A DNA stretch of 64,000 nt from Carcharhinus amblyrhynchos (GCA_965287045.1 OZ336881.1:53630001-53694000), one strand, 5' to 3'. Shown: positions 37,700-52,240, counted from the stretch's first letter. Notes: a model not told the origin generated them from the sequence alone. A program made the numbers and translations.

Positions 37700-40395
37700 A
37701 TACGCATTCACTGGTGAACAAAGTCATTGCAACACATGAGCTGAATGTGAAAGACTGCATTGGCATCATGGACTCGATGGAAACTTGATGGAGACATGAT
37801 GGCACCTTCCCTAACTGAAGTTTCCCTGCCTGGTTACATATTTTACCATTTACCTCATCAAGACCATTGTGGCAGTGGTGTAGCTCTCATAACCAAATCT
37901 CTCCTTGGTTTGTTCCCTTAGTCCTCTCACACTTTCTCCTCCTTTGAGCATCTCACCTTGTTCTCTTCCTCTTACCTATCAAAAATATTACAGCTTCTGT
38001 ACAGCCTGCCCAAGTACAATTAAAAATGTCCTCACTGAGAATCTTAGCATTTGGCCTCCAGTCACCGTTACACTTTTGCAGTTGCTGATCTGCTCAACCA
38101 CACCATCAACTTTGATCCCGAGTCCACATTAAAAACTCTTACCTTTTCCCACCCTGGCACAGCCGTCAATTCAATTTCCTCAAGCCTAAGGGATGTAAAC
38201 TTCACTGTCATACCTGGCTAGGCCTCATAAAGCACTATCGGGTTCTACTCTTGCCTCCGAAAAATGCTTATGATTCTAGAATCATCCTGGAACGCAAGGT
38301 AACCCCTGACATATTTTCTCTACTGCACACCGTCTTATTAAGTCCCTCTTCTCTGTCTCAAAAAACAAAGGAAATTACAGCACAGGAACAGGCCCTTCAG
38401 CCCTCCAAGCCTGCACCGACTATGTTGCCTGACTGAACTAAAACTCCCTACCCTTCCGGAGATCATATTCCTCCATTCCCATCTTGTTCAAGTATTTGTC
38501 AGGACGCCCCTTAAAAGTCACTATCATATGTGCTTCCACTACTTCCCCTGGCAGCAAATTCCAGACACCCACCAACCTCTGAGTAAAAAACTTGCCTCAT
38601 ACATCTCTTTTAAACCTTGCCCCTCACACCTTAAACCTATGCCCCCTTGTAAATGGTTCTTCCGCCCTGGAAAAATGCTTTTGACTATCCAGTTTGTTCA
38701 CGCCCCTCATAATCTTGCAGACTTCTATCAGGTCGCCCCTCAACCTCTGTCGTTTCAGTGAGAACGAACCAAGTTTCTCCAACCTCTCCTCATAGCTAAT
38801 GTCCTTCATACTAGGAAACACCCTGGTAAATCTTTTCTGCTCCCACTCCAAAGCCTCCACATCCTTCTGGTAGTGTGGCAACCAAAATTGAATACTATAT
38901 TCCAAGTGCGGCCTAACTAAGGTTCTACAAAGCTCCAACATAACTTGCCAATTTTTAAACTCAGTGCCCCGGCCAATGAAGGCAAGCATGCCAAATGCCT
39001 TCTTGACTACCTTCTCCACCCACATTGCCACTTTCAGTGACCTGTGTACCTGTACATGTAGAGCCCTTTGCCTACCAATACTGTTAAGGGTTCTGCCATT
39101 TACTGTATATTTCAGAGGAATCCATAGTTCCTCTACCCTCATCTAGAAATGTGAGGAGCTATGGATTTATTTCCGTCAAGATTGACACCATCCAATCAGC
39201 TGCCTTTCCCACTGTCCTCCTTTCCCATAGCCCACCAGGCTGAGCTTTTTCTAAAGCTTGCCCAACCGTGCCTCAGCCCTAAACCTTTCCTTCTCTTTTT
39301 TTTCTCCAAGCTCCCTCATGCTTGCTCTAAATTCATTTGTCCATTCTCTTGGGTATCAGTAGGAACAGGGCTCTCTTGGCCCTATTCCTACTGATACCCA
39401 ACTTCTCTTCCTGGCGCCATGTTAGCAAACATTAAATGCTCTCTTTTCTTTCAGGTTCTGTCCCCCTCTCCTTCAAATCTGCTGTCATCATTCCCCCTCC
39501 TCAAAAAAACTATCCTTCACCTTCTTCTGTCCAAGCAAATAACTGCCTCATTTTCAACCTCCCTTTCCTTTCCAGAGCCCATGAATGTGTTATCCCAAAT
39601 AGCACCATTTTCCACAGAACTCTATATCTGAATCCCTCCAATCAGGATACTGCCCTGTCACTGTACCTAAAAACACTTATCAAAGTCAGAAATAACATCC
39701 TGTGTGACTGTGACAAACTATCCCTTTTGTAGCTGTCAGCAGCGTTTGACCTAGTCGATAATACCATCTTTCTCCAACAGTTATCCACTGTCATTCAACA
39801 GATTGGGACAGCACTTGCATACCTGGTTCTATTTTTATCTATCTAATCAAAGCCAGGAAATTACCACCAATTTCTTTTTCTATTCCTGCAATTACTTCAT
39901 GCGTCCCCCAAGGATATGTCCATGTCCTCCTCCTATTTCTCATCCACATATTTCCCCTTCGAACGTCATCCATAAACACACCAGCTCCACATCTATGCTG
40001 ACGACATACAGCTTTACCTCAGCACCAACTCTTTGACTTCCCCACTGTTTCTAAATTGTCTGACTGCCAGTACTAAATAAGAAGAAATTTTCTTCAATTA
40101 AATATTCTAAAGACTGAAGCCATTGTCCTTAGTTCCTGCTACAAGATCCACTTCCTCACCACTAATTCCATCCCTGTCCCAAACAACCGTTTCAGGTCAA
40201 ACCAGATTGATTGCTACCTTGGTGTCATAATTCAACCACATATCTGTGGCGTTGCTCAGACTGCTCATTTCCACCTCTGTAGCATCACCTGACCTGGTCC
40301 CGCCTCAGCTCTTCTGATGTTGAAACCTTCCTACAGCATTTGTTACTCCAGATTCAACTATAGTTAGCAGGCTTTTAGCCAGTCTTCCACCTATT
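37700..40395 (+). mobile_element. Decayed L2 LINE ORF2 (endonuclease to RT), interrupted by CR1
   Basis: SLVNK..A.HEL...DCI.IM..MET*...ASLPGY.F.HLP..D..G.GVALITK at 37705-37900; LSAAFDLVDNTI at ~39735; tatgctgacgacatacagctttac (YADDIQLY) at ~39993. Confidence 0.75.
38362..39112 (-). mobile_element. CR1 (HER1-like) 3' portion
   Basis: ORF 38624..39142 reads VKKAFGMLAFIGRG...LVRPHLEYSIQFWLPHYQKDVEALE..QKRFTR...RLRGDLIEV.KIMRG...TRGHRFKV. Confidence 0.9.
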
Positions 40396-40547
40396 CATTG
40401 TTGTCAATTTCTGTAGATTAGCAGCTGCTTGGTTGCTCTGCTTGGGAAGAGATCAGGTTGATAAAACTAGGAGGTGAAGGCACGGAGATGGAGAAATTAG
40501 TTTGTGCTGTACTACTAGCAGGTTGTGTTGATTCCTGGGGGGCAGGC

Positions 40548-40587
40548 AGTACTGTGGTCCACAGCCTGTACTGCGGTCCACAGCCTA
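40548..40587 (+). repeat. 19-bp tandem duplication
   Basis: gtactgtggtccacagcct followed by gtactgcggtccacagcct. Confidence 0.85.
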
Positions 40588-41432
40588 CTGCCCTTGCATC
40601 ATTCTTCAATGATAATGAATTTCCTCCCTTTAGGAGAAGCAAAGGACAATATGTTGCTCTTAAAAATAACAGTGAGGTTAATGGTCTTTGCAATTTATTA
40701 TTTATCTGTCAATGGTACTGCAATTTTAGCTGAGGATGGATGCATGGTTAAACCCAAATATCTGAATAGTTGTTGTATGAATTGTGGTGCTAAATCATTA
40801 ATTTATGACTATTTTTATAACAAATAAATCCAGAAAATCTTCATTTGTAGAACTAAATGGTATAAATGGATAGTATCTCTGCCTCAAAGTCAGATGTTCC
40901 AGGTTTGGGTGCCACCTCAGGACTTGATGGCTAAAAAAGCTGCATTCCTAAACAAATGCAAAACGAAACAAAAAATTCTTCTAATGGTCACATATGGCAG
41001 GCAGTAAGTATGGGAGAGATTCCTGGTCAGCCACTTGATGGAAAAAAAGTTGAAGCCATCACTATCTATAGCTCCAGACTTGTAAAACGTGCATGTTACC
41101 CCAGTGACTCCCTGATCTGTAACACATTACCACCACCAAATGGTTTAAGAACTAATCATCATGCGAATCTTTCTTTACATTGCACCTTTTCATTTCTCTC
41201 ATTTTTCTCAATCTTTTGTTCACGCATTTTCTTTTTTTCACATTATTCCTTCATGGTTATTATTCTAAGAGTCTTCTTTTCACACTGAAGGTTATTTTTT
41301 GTTACACACTCTCTTAAATGGCTCACTCCTAATGCAATACATTGATCACAGGCAATGGAGGAAGGGGGTGATGGCAAGATTTCTACCAACAAAATTGTAA
41401 TTGCCCACAAGAGGTATCTAAGGTTGACCATG

Positions 41433-41502
41433 GGCTGGAGAACCCCATGTTGCTTCTTTTAGGAAGGCCCACCACAACCTGTTCCATTTAGGCACTTCAC
41501 AG
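41433..41502 (+). repeat. 70-nt direct copy of 42557-42626
   Basis: 69/70 identical by eye. Confidence 0.9.
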
Positions 41503-42517
41503 GCCAAGATTGGTTTGTGCTTCCAGTTCTACCACAATGCTCAGGAAAAACATTTTTCCCTTTGCTTGGCAGTTCAGAGATCAATAATTTACCAAGTGGG
41601 CAAACATGGATGTGGGTAGATTTTCTGTATACTGCATTGAAATATCACTATATTGTGTAGATACTACGGAAAGTATTTTTCTGTATTGTGTATCTCAAAT
41701 GCTAAAAGAGATAAAGTTCATGCAAAACTGATTTTGTCATATGACAATGCATGTACAAATGGACTCTTAACATAGTTTGACATAAATAGACAGCCTAAGA
41801 GGAGTTTTGTTTAAAATCAAATTGCAAAAGGTTTTGCTGCATTTGTAAGCATTTTATTTGAAATGTGGAGACTGAATGTACAGGTAGTATTTTAATAGCA
41901 TTCTGTAATCTACCTTTCAGTTTGGTGAAGCACATCCTGAGGTGTAAAGGTGAACAGATATGCTGTAATTGCTGTGGCCCTGTGATCATTAAAGTTTGCA
42001 ATTTGTTACTGACAATGGAGCTGTCTCGAATGGAGGGTGAAGCTTTTGCCTGGGAAAAAAACGGCACAAATTCTCTGACTAACCTCACTCAGCTTTATTT
42101 ATAAAATTATTTCTTTTGGGAGCATCAACATTCGTTACTTGAACTGGTTATCACTACGAGATTCATAGTTTTCAGCTCACGTGTAAACTTCCAGCATTAA
42201 AAAATAAGTGTAAATCTAGCTTTGCATTTTGCCCTTCTGTTTAAAAAGATCCATGTCAATATTTTAAACAAAATTTGTAATGTACAATAACATCTAGTAT
42301 TGAAAAAGGGAGGTAAGGGTGAAAAAGGTTAGTAAATCAATAGGGTTTAAGCCTTTTTTTCAAGCTGGCAGGAGGCATGCTATTCATCATGAATCATTTA
42401 CTTCAAAATTAGCTAAGATGGAAAATGAACTGAAATAGAAAACATTACAACACCATAAAAATGCTTTAAAAAATCCATCAGTGTCATTATCATTTTAAAA
42501 ATGTAAAAGAATATTGT

Positions 42518-43161
42518 GGGTGAAATCTTGTAGATGCAATGGGAGTTTTCACCACTGGCTGGAGAACCCCATGTTGCTTCTTTTAGGAAGGCCCACCACA
42601 ACCTGTTGCATTTAGGCACTTCACAGAGAAGCTGTGGGCTTTCCCCAGGATCAAGGACTACAGTGCCAGACGTTCTGCCACTGCGATGAGAGGTCAGCAG
42701 CTCCATTGAACAACAGCATTGCTAGGGAGGTAGTGTCTGCTGTCGATACACATCCACCTATATCTAGGATCTGAATCCCAGGCCTCAGATGTGTGATGAT
42801 GGGTCAAGGGTCACAGTGGGTGGGTCAATGGCAGTGGGCGGGGATGACTTCCCAATGTCAGTTTTCTTAATTAGGCACTGAGTGCCTTTGAACAATGGAT
42901 CATCCGCTGGGAGCCAGCAGGCAAACACACATTGGTTTGCTTGTCATGCTTTGCTGCCTCCAACACAAATGGCAGTAGTTTCAGCCTTATTAATTGCCTA
43001 TTTATGAGCCTCAATTGGCAGCGAGATAGGAAAGCCATCCGAGAGCTTTTCCAACATGGACCTAATCGAGGAGGAAGCAAGAAGGTGGGGAGGTTCTTAC
43101 ATGCCACCCTCCCACCTGAAAAAATGTTACCCACTAGTAAACTTGCCACAGGATTCTACCC
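42518..43161. mobile_element. Harbinger-type non-autonomous element with TIRs and 3-bp TSD
   Basis: TGT|gggtgaaatcttgt ... acaggattctaccc|TGT. Confidence 0.8.
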
Positions 43162-45268
43162 TGTGTTATTTATTATGACAAAAACCACAGGTCAAATTAT
43201 TTTTAGGAGTATTAAATACAAGGCTTGAATTTAACATTAGCTGACATGCAAACTGTGTGGATTTTTGTTTCATGAGTCAGCATTTCATGGTCCTGCAGTT
43301 TTAGTCAGATCACCCCACCCATATATTAATTTTCTAGGATTCAGGCCCTATTTTACTAACTCATCATCAGTCTCACTTAGGTTCAAATTGGTTTTGCTAG
43401 TTGAGAAGAAAACATCACATGACAATTTGGTCCTAACATGAAAATGCATCTTTAACATACACAAAAGAACAAAACCAAGAACTGAGTTATAGAATGGTTA
43501 CAAATGCACATTTTTTTGTACTGTGTCAAAACAGATTGAATACTTTTTTGAATGTTGAGGCCAAATACTTATGAGTCACAATGAAGAGCACAGAAATGCA
43601 AGAACTGTGATATTATTTGGCTTTTTACAAGTCACATAATCAGAGGGGAGTAATCAGAACATTTGTTTGTTACACGTAAACTGATCATACAATATTTATA
43701 ATGTTTCTACATTTTTAAACACATACTAAATAGATGCTGGGTTTCAAATAATATGCTTTATGGATTTGAATTATATCAGGATTTTACATTTTCTATTTAC
43801 CTTTCCAAATGAATCATTTAACTGAGTTTGTCGTTTTTGCCTTAACACGCTGCAAAATTATTCAATTTGACTAATAATTAAACTAACAATTAAACATTAC
43901 AATAGATGATTTTTCCAACTCTGAATGGTAAAATATTGCTGTCAATAAAAATAATACTTTATTACTTTTATGACTGAATTAAGTGAAATAATCCAAAGGG
44001 GTCAAACTCATATGGCATTTTCAAAATTATGCACTTTAAATTTTAAAGAGGTCACAAATAGAGTGTGGACAATGTGAAATAAGTTCTTGTTAGAAATTAT
44101 CATTCAAAATTCGAATTATTACCAGTGAATTTCAGTGTTTTATGGTTTAGATTATATGCTTAAATGCTAACTTCCTTCAAAAACAAATTGCACAATTTGT
44201 TTTATACTCTCACAAATTTTGGGCAGGTTCAAACCTAGTCATGGAGTTCTCTGGCTGACTTGCAAGAAAACCTCTCATCCCATCACTGGGATATGACATC
44301 CCTGACCCAAAATAAGCTCTTGTTATTAGCCTAAAAAATTGCAGTAGCTAACTTAGTTATCGGTCATGAAACAATAAGACTGAAGATTCTGCATTTTTTC
44401 TGTTTTCTCCGAACCAGAACATGTACTGCAAAAAAAACTCCTACATCTCCATTTTGCTTTGGATGTTAAGGAAATTCCTGCTGATAGAGCACTACTTTTT
44501 ATTCTTCTGCTAAAAGTCATGTCTTGCTCTTAGAAGGTCTTAGGAATTCTTGTCCAATGAAAATTGGTCTAGAAATACGATTTAAAATGGTTCAATTATC
44601 ACATAGCTAAATAAACAGAGCATAAGTTATATACAAGCACAGATGAGTTAAAATACTCCTGGAGAATCCTGAAGTGGGATCTTCAGGACCTTCATAACAT
44701 TTTAAATGCTACTTGATATTGAATGGCAAGCTCAATATTTCAGCTCATTACTTGATAAAAGTAGCAATTTAGTTCAAAGCTCCTGCTTTTCTTTCCCAAA
44801 AACACCAATTGCCTGGATATACCTGCTGTAACATGGAGATGAAATGTGCCAGGTAGATTTTAAAAAATGGTGGGCAGAACCCGAATCTGGGATTCCTGCC
44901 CATACTCCCAGTGATTTTCAGTAGTGTGGAATAAGGGAACAGGTCATAAGCCTGCAGGCTGATGTCCATAACAGGCACCAGCATTTTAAACTACCTGCAG
45001 TTTTCATGGAGTCAGGCAGGCTTTGGAAGGCAACATGAATCACAGCAACACTGAGGCACAGTGAACCATGGGAGAATCTTGGTTTGGAGTCAGAAACCAA
45101 ATGAAAAGTAAGTTCAAAAAGTGTTGCCAATTTATATGTAATAATGAAATGCTAATGTCCTAAGTATGTTTTAATACAATGATTGAAATAAGGCTTTATT
45201 TTGGAGAGGTAAGTGTTCTTTAAATAATGTGTTTGCCAGGTTGTTACTTCTGACAACTGGCAAGCTGT

Positions 45269-46365
45269 TGTTACAATCCAGTTAAGGACTGTAAACCTTT
45301 GTTTAAAATAGACAAAGTTTGAAGTCTCAGTTGCTCACAGGAGAATAAAACCACATGATTTCATAGTTTGCAACAAATAAGATAAACTTTACAGAGTCAA
45401 AAGCAAAATAATTTACAATATTTATCTTACACTCTTAGCATTCAGAAATAACACAAGGTGCATATGAATCAACAGGAAAACTGTGGTCGAACATACCAAT
45501 TACACATCAAATGGTAGATGTGATCAATATAGATTACACAAATTTCTCAGCAACCTACCCAGATATTACTGACTATTGAGAGTCACAGAATCTCATTAAC
45601 TCTTTCCCTCATGGGGACTTTCAATTCTTCATCTTCCAAGATCTACTCTCTGAATCCCCTCAAAAGTTGCTCGGACTCCAACTACCTCAATGACTGCTCA
45701 GCTCCTCATGGTTCAATCCCTCTCTCATGAGAATACAGTCGATGAAATTCACAAATTACCAGTACACTTCTAACTCTGCTAGCTTCATTAAGGTGGTCTC
45801 GTCCCTGGGTTTCCCTGAACGTCAGCCTCCCAAGCGCACCAAACTATAGGTTGCTCCCAGGGCTTCACTGAGCCCTAACTGCCTGGTATGGAATCAGTGA
45901 CCTTCCACCACCTTCTCAACTCCCCAGGATTTCTCTGAGCCCTAATATCCTGAAGCCTGCTGACAACTGCAACTTTTCGTTATCTTCTTTCCCTGCTGTA
46001 GAACATCCAGATAAATGTAACCCAGACAGTCTTCTGATGGTCCACCCATCTTCACGGTGATGCAGCCTTTCAGCGTTCACTGAATGCTACTAAATTAATT
46101 TATTTCTAACTCCCAAAAGAAAACATCTCTCTGCATTGCAATTATTTGCAAGCGGTTTAGACAGCACATTTCCAGCTCTCCAGATAAGTCAGCCCATCTG
46201 CTGTTTTATGATCTTACCTTTCTAGCTGCTAATCTCTTAGGCCAACATGGCACCTATGTTTTATATGTAATAGACTCCAAGCTGCTTTAGTTGCATTTAT
46301 CCTTTTTTTTAAACATTGAAACCTTAATCTTCTGAGAACTGAATATTACCTCTACAATACTAACA
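45269..46365. mobile_element. Putative solo LTR-like repeat
   Basis: Termini TGTTAC...CTAACA (TG...CA). The first ~250 nt resemble 58727-58975 (shared aaaagcaaaataat.taca and ccaca.gatttca). No TSD seen. Confidence 0.4.
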
Positions 46366-48819
46366 TGAACCAATAACTAGATGTCCAACATATTTTGAAA
46401 ACATTCAGCAGCATTGCCAAAATGGAAAAGTTATCAGATACATTATGGTACATTCGCCACCAGAAAATGTTATTTTCTGCATTGTCCAATAGTGAAAACC
46501 AGATCTGATGATACGAAATGTGCCTAGAGCTTTGATTTCTACCTTGAAGCTCAGCCCAGCCTTCTGTTTGGCTGCTTCAAAGGTTGGCAGATGGCTGAGC
46601 TTTCATCTGTATTCAAGAGCTTTGATAGATACTGCTCAGGAGAATTTATTTACAAATTAGTTCAACTGAATTTCATTATAAATGCTTGGCTGACTTCCAA
46701 GACTACTAAAGGATTCCGCTAAGCTATTTTGTTTCTCCAACTTGATTAGTAGAAAACATTCCCTCGCTGTTTGATAGAACATCTGTTGAGATTTAGTGAG
46801 GAAAAAGAAAAAAAATTCTGCACAGTCGATTGCATAGCTATTAAACATATCAATAAACAAGGTCTGTATTTTGTCATTCGCAGCTAAATTTTACCATTTG
46901 CTGCTGACTTCAAAGCAAACTATTCACAAGTGTCTTGCAAGCTCTGTGGTGTCAATTCCACCTTTCTCATTATTTCATTCCGGTACCAGCTATTTGACAT
47001 CCCTGCTGTCCAGCAATAGTGAAGTCATCAAACAGAAGAAACAGCCAATCACGTTGAAGAATCTCCACAGATAACAAACCAGGAAGTCATAAACAAATTT
47101 TTACAATTTTATTTTTTACAATTTTATAGGTGAAGGAGAAAGTAAAATATCATAAGCAATCATTAAATATATATTATTTTAAAAATCTGTGGAATTATCA
47201 TGGAAAAATTTGACAATCCACAAATAAATGGCTAGAGAGATTGTTCAGCAGTAATTATGACTTAGTAGTTGTTGAAAACTCAGCTATACCTTATTCAACA
47301 AGCTATAACTGTTTCAAGCATTTTGACAGTCAAATTAACAGTGTAGAAAATGGAAACCAGTATCGATTCAGTGATTTCCAATTGACTTCCATCTATATAG
47401 GCTTCAGCAGTGTACTCTATGAAGGTGCTGGAAATCACTGATCGCAACTTCTAAATTTCAGCACTTAGCTGCGCATGTGTGGAATCTAGAACTTGCTGTC
47501 AAGTTTCACAAAGTAATGGCTATCAATATTGACAGTCATTCCAACCCCAAAATTCATGCCTTTAATTAGCATAGACCAAAAAAATGGAAATGACAAAAAT
47601 TAAAAAAAAAATTAACAACGTTTACTCAACAAATATTCACACAAAAATGAACTTTTTGGCATGTAGAATTTGGAATTCTGGGTGCATGAACTAGATAGCT
47701 AATTTTTGATCCTTGACATAAGAATAAGCATTTTATAACTGCAATTTTGTATAAATCAAATACCAAAGAACTTTTCTCAATGCATTAGAAAACTGCTTTT
47801 AGTCTCCAAGTATTCCTACTGTATGTAAAATGATAATGTGGTATTAGATAAAGACAGGAAACAGGCAGAGTGGTCAGATCAAACAAGGAAATTGTGTCAC
47901 AACAGAGTCTGTAAAAAATGGATGTTGAGGAACAACAGAAAGAGATCAGAAAGAAAAAAAAGTGAGCAAATAAAAAAAGCTGCAATAACTATTAAGGGTT
48001 AGTCAATTGATTCCTAAACTAGAAATTTAACCTGGTTACTGACCTGAAATGCATATCGTGACTGCAGAAAAGGAGTCAACAAAAAGTTATAAGGTACAAA
48101 GTCCACCTGGGCTGATTGTGAAAATGAGCTGAGGTTCCAAGTCACCTCCATGTGACCAGGGAAGCTCATTTCACCCCTAAAATCAAATTCAAATTTAACT
48201 TACTTCTGTCATTAAATCAATCATGGATATACCAACTGCTTAAGATAGCCAATAAATATATGACTGTGTTTACCATAAGAACTTGATTGCAAAGATGCAG
48301 ATGGAACGTCAAAAGTAGAGGAAAAGCTATTCCCTAAAGAAACCTGATCTTTCTCTATATTGTATTTGCATCAACTGCCAATCGTATAGCTTAGAAGAAA
48401 TTAACAGTTGGCAATAATGAAATTCATTTCTCTGTTCTAATGTCTTTCATAACTATTAGCTTCATTTGTTAAGGAAACACTTATCCTGCTTGTGCATATA
48501 TTCACAAATAAAATAAATTTAACTTGACTACATGAAAACATCAATTCCCTTCTAAAGTTAAAAAGTGCAAACAACGTGCTTTGCTATAAAAATTGCCGAA
48601 CTAACTTTCAAAAAAATTCGGTTATCTTTAACATGGATTTCATTGCTCAAAAACATTTTATCAGAAGGGAGCAGTGACAAAATTTAAATTGCCATGGGTC
48701 CTATTATTAAAACCCAAATGATGGCAGGCTTCTAAATGTCTGTGAAGACAGCAGGCTTATCTTTGAAACATTCTTAAAGAGATTTGTTACCTCAAATCTA
48801 ATTAATCTTCTTTCCAGTT

Positions 48820-49690
48820 ATTCAAAATATATAGATTTAGATGAGGAAACTAAATGTAATATCTCCAAATTTGCAGATAACTCAAAGCTGGATGAGCTGT
48901 GAGAAGGATGAAGAGATGCGAGAGTGTGATTTGGACAAGTTGAGTGAGTGGGCAAATGCATCATAACGTGGATAAATGTGAGGTTATCCACTTTGGTAGC
49001 AAAAATAGGAAGACAGATTATTATCTGTATGGGTTATAGATTGAGAGAGGGAATATGCAATGAGAAGTGGATGTCCTTGTACACCAATCTCTGTAAGTAA
49101 GCATGCGAATGGGGCGGGTGGTAAAGAAGGCAAAATGGTAAAGAAGGAAGGAAGTTTTTGCTTATACAGAGAGTGCAGCAAAGGTTTACCATTCAGATTC
49201 CTGGAATGGTGGTACTGACAGCTCAACTCAGGGATGAGTTGGTTAAGATTATATTCCTTGGAATTAGAAGAATGAGGTGGGATCTCATAGAAACCTGTAA
49301 AATTCTAACAGGACTACATAGGATAGATACAGGAAGGATGTTCCTGACGCAGGGGAGTCCAGAACCAGGGGTCACATTCTAAGGATATGGGATAAACCAT
49401 TTAGGACTGAAATGAAAGTAATGTCTTTATCTAGAGAGTGCTGAGCCTGTGGAATTACCAACCACAGAAAGCAGTTGAGAACAAAACAATGTATGCTTTC
49501 AAGGAGTTACATATAGCTCTTGCGGCTAATGAGATCTAAGGAAATTGTTGGGGGGGGGGGTGCTAGCGGGTAGGGGATGAAGCGGGATCAAGTTACTGAG
49601 TTGGATGATCAGCTATAACTATAATGAATGGTAGAGAAGGTTCAAAGGGCTAAATGGCCTACTCATGCTCCTATTTTCTATATTTTTATA
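48820..49690 (+). mobile_element. CR1 RT C-terminus and 3' UTR, with internal deletions
   Basis: ISKFADNSKL, DKCEVIHFG, RRMRWDLIETCKILTGLHRID; tail ggcctactcatgctcctattttctat. Confidence 0.85.
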
Positions 49691-50989
49691 TTTCAGAAAA
49701 AGGAAGGCGTTGTAAATAGTATGAAACTTTGGATGCACGTCACCCATGTTAAAGTTGTACCATTGTATCTGAAAGTATTAATTTAATTTTTAAAGATGAA
49801 TGAAAGTGGGATTGCATCACAGGATAGGGGAGGGGGTGGTTCAAAGGCAAGGGTAGTCTTCAGTGGTCATCCCTCTGCTGAGACCCACAGTTGAGCATAG
49901 AATATCTGACTACGAGAGACCCTCCTTCCTGGGAGTCTGCTGGCAAATTGTGGAGCTTCTCCCATGGCCACCACATTTCCCACTGTGAAAGGCTACATAA
50001 ATCAGCTTTTAATTGTACAATAAGTTAACCAGAGAAGGCCCTTGAAGTGCATAGTATTTTTTGGGGAAGGAAGGATTTGATGCAATAATAAGCAGAGTAA
50101 CTGATTATTATTGCACTCAAAGCAGCTGTGACAAGTCGGGTGTTCATTTCCAGAAATCAGTAGAATTCAGACATCTTGGTTTTTGCTCTTCTGGCTATGC
50201 AAGGCTGAGCTGGTGGCTCTTATTCTTGAGCAACCTTTTCACTCGTATTCACTGTTAGCCTCATGCATCCCCACTTTGCAAATCTTTATACGAGAGCACC
50301 CTAAGTGCACTAGAGGTGAATGGCAACATTAAGAAATTCCTCATTTTTGTGTTGAAGCAGCTATAAAGTATGTCCAGTTTAGAAAGAAACCGACCAAGTG
50401 TCATCCGTACAAACCTATCCCAGGTTCATGCAGCAACTGGAAAGCTACAGAGTTAATGCATGGATCTTTCACGCTTGGATTTTGCAAACAGTTTACATAA
50501 GAATCAATAAAACATGGTGTCTGCAAATATAGTTTTTACAGAGAACAACAGATATCTGGGAGAAAGATATAAGACTCTAACTTAATCAAGAGGTTGAGAT
50601 GATATAAAATTGAGAGTATTGCACAAACTATTCCTGAGTATTTGCAGAACTTTAAGATTAATTACGGGCACAAATGTATGTTTTTATTTATTTTTTACTT
50701 TTTGTGTTTATGTAGGTTAGCTTGTGGACCATTTATAGTGTTTTTGTGTAATCTTTACTGGAGTGAGCAATCAACATGCTCCATGCCCTTGATGCACAAG
50801 ACTGTTTATTGTGACATTGACAAAAGAGTGTTCATGACATAACAGCTCTCTTGAAATCCATTTCCGAACAGATCACATACTGCAGGCTGTTAACAACTAA
50901 CATTTGTTACATTTATTTTCATCACCTTCCTTAGAGAATGAAAATTTTAATGCCCATATAAATAAAAACTGTTATTATACCTTTTACAG

Positions 50990-52240
50990 AGGTTGGACGG
51001 GGATGGCTTACAAAAGTTAAATTCTCCCTCATCTGCTCTAACCTCACTTCAAACACTCAGACCTAGGAGTTTGTGGGTGTCAAATTCAGATCTGTGATGT
51101 TGAAGCACTACATCCTCCATGTGAGACACATCGAGCCTCTAGCCACTTCTGCCGAGAATGATGTTTGGGCAGGCATCTCCAGTGTGACAGAAACCTGAAA
51201 ACTCTTGGCAAAGCTCCCTACCAAGTTGCATCCACACTCCTCCATGCTCCTTGACAGCGACAGGAGACTGTCTGGCAGTCTTGTCAATGTATCAAGCATC
51301 TTGGTGTGTATCCTCTTCAGCGATCTTTTAAATGCCATCCCATATTGAAGTCCTCCATAGTCCTCTAATTATCTGTGACTTTGCCCTCCGGTGAGCTGGC
51401 ACACAGACTATCCTTTTTTCTTGGCTTCATTGCAGCCTTCGCATGCCTGATGACTCACCATATGCAGAATTCAACTCTAGTTGCCTGTGGGGTATGTGCT
51501 GTGTTAGTATCTGAGTGGGTGATTGTAAGTGTCAAATAAAAAGACTCTTCATTGGCTTTATTGTTCTCTTGCCTTTTTCTAGGTGTGCTATGGCTGGTCA
51601 GGCAGCAGTTTTTGGTATGTGAAATCAGAAAGGAAAGATGGGGATGAGATGGAAAGCAAGAAGTCCATGGTCACATCATCTGTAGCTTGCTCATCATGTC
51701 AGGGAGCAGGATGAGGGTGAGCTTGGGGTGGGAAGGAGTATAAATCAGGAATATCATCTTCAGTGTTCTCAGTGTCTGTCACAACTGAACCCACAAAGTG
51801 AAGAACCACGTTTTCTTTAAGACTCTAAATTTAGCCCCCACCAATTCTACACTGCTCTCTCCCCTAATGCGTGCCACCTTGGCCTGCAAGTGTGAGGGAA
51901 GAATGCCAATGATTGTGTTATACTTTGGATGATATGCCAGCAATAGTTGAATAGCTGGTTGCATGTGGAAGCAGCAGGGACTGGATGTGAGGCTGGCAGC
52001 ATTATACAGTGTGTGAGATGGTGTGGGGTGGAATATCTGGACATTAGGCTTCAGCCTGACTGCTAATGGATGAGATGAGGATGTGGTACCTTGAGCTGCG
52101 CGAGAAGCTGTTAGCTGTGTTGGGTTGGACCAATTATGGCCCAAAGACTCAAGGGAACGCTCCACTGAAAGCTAAGAATGAAGAAGAGCTCATCAAAGAC
52201 AGAGGAGCAGACTAACAACCACTGGAGGAAACATTTCAAA
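50990..52240 (-). mobile_element. Decayed Harbinger accessory-gene region
   Basis: ORF 51108..51338 (HTKMLDTLTRLPDSLLSLSRSMEE) and composition resemble the downstream part of the Myb-gene remnants at 6300-7500 and 24300-24700. Confidence 0.4.
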
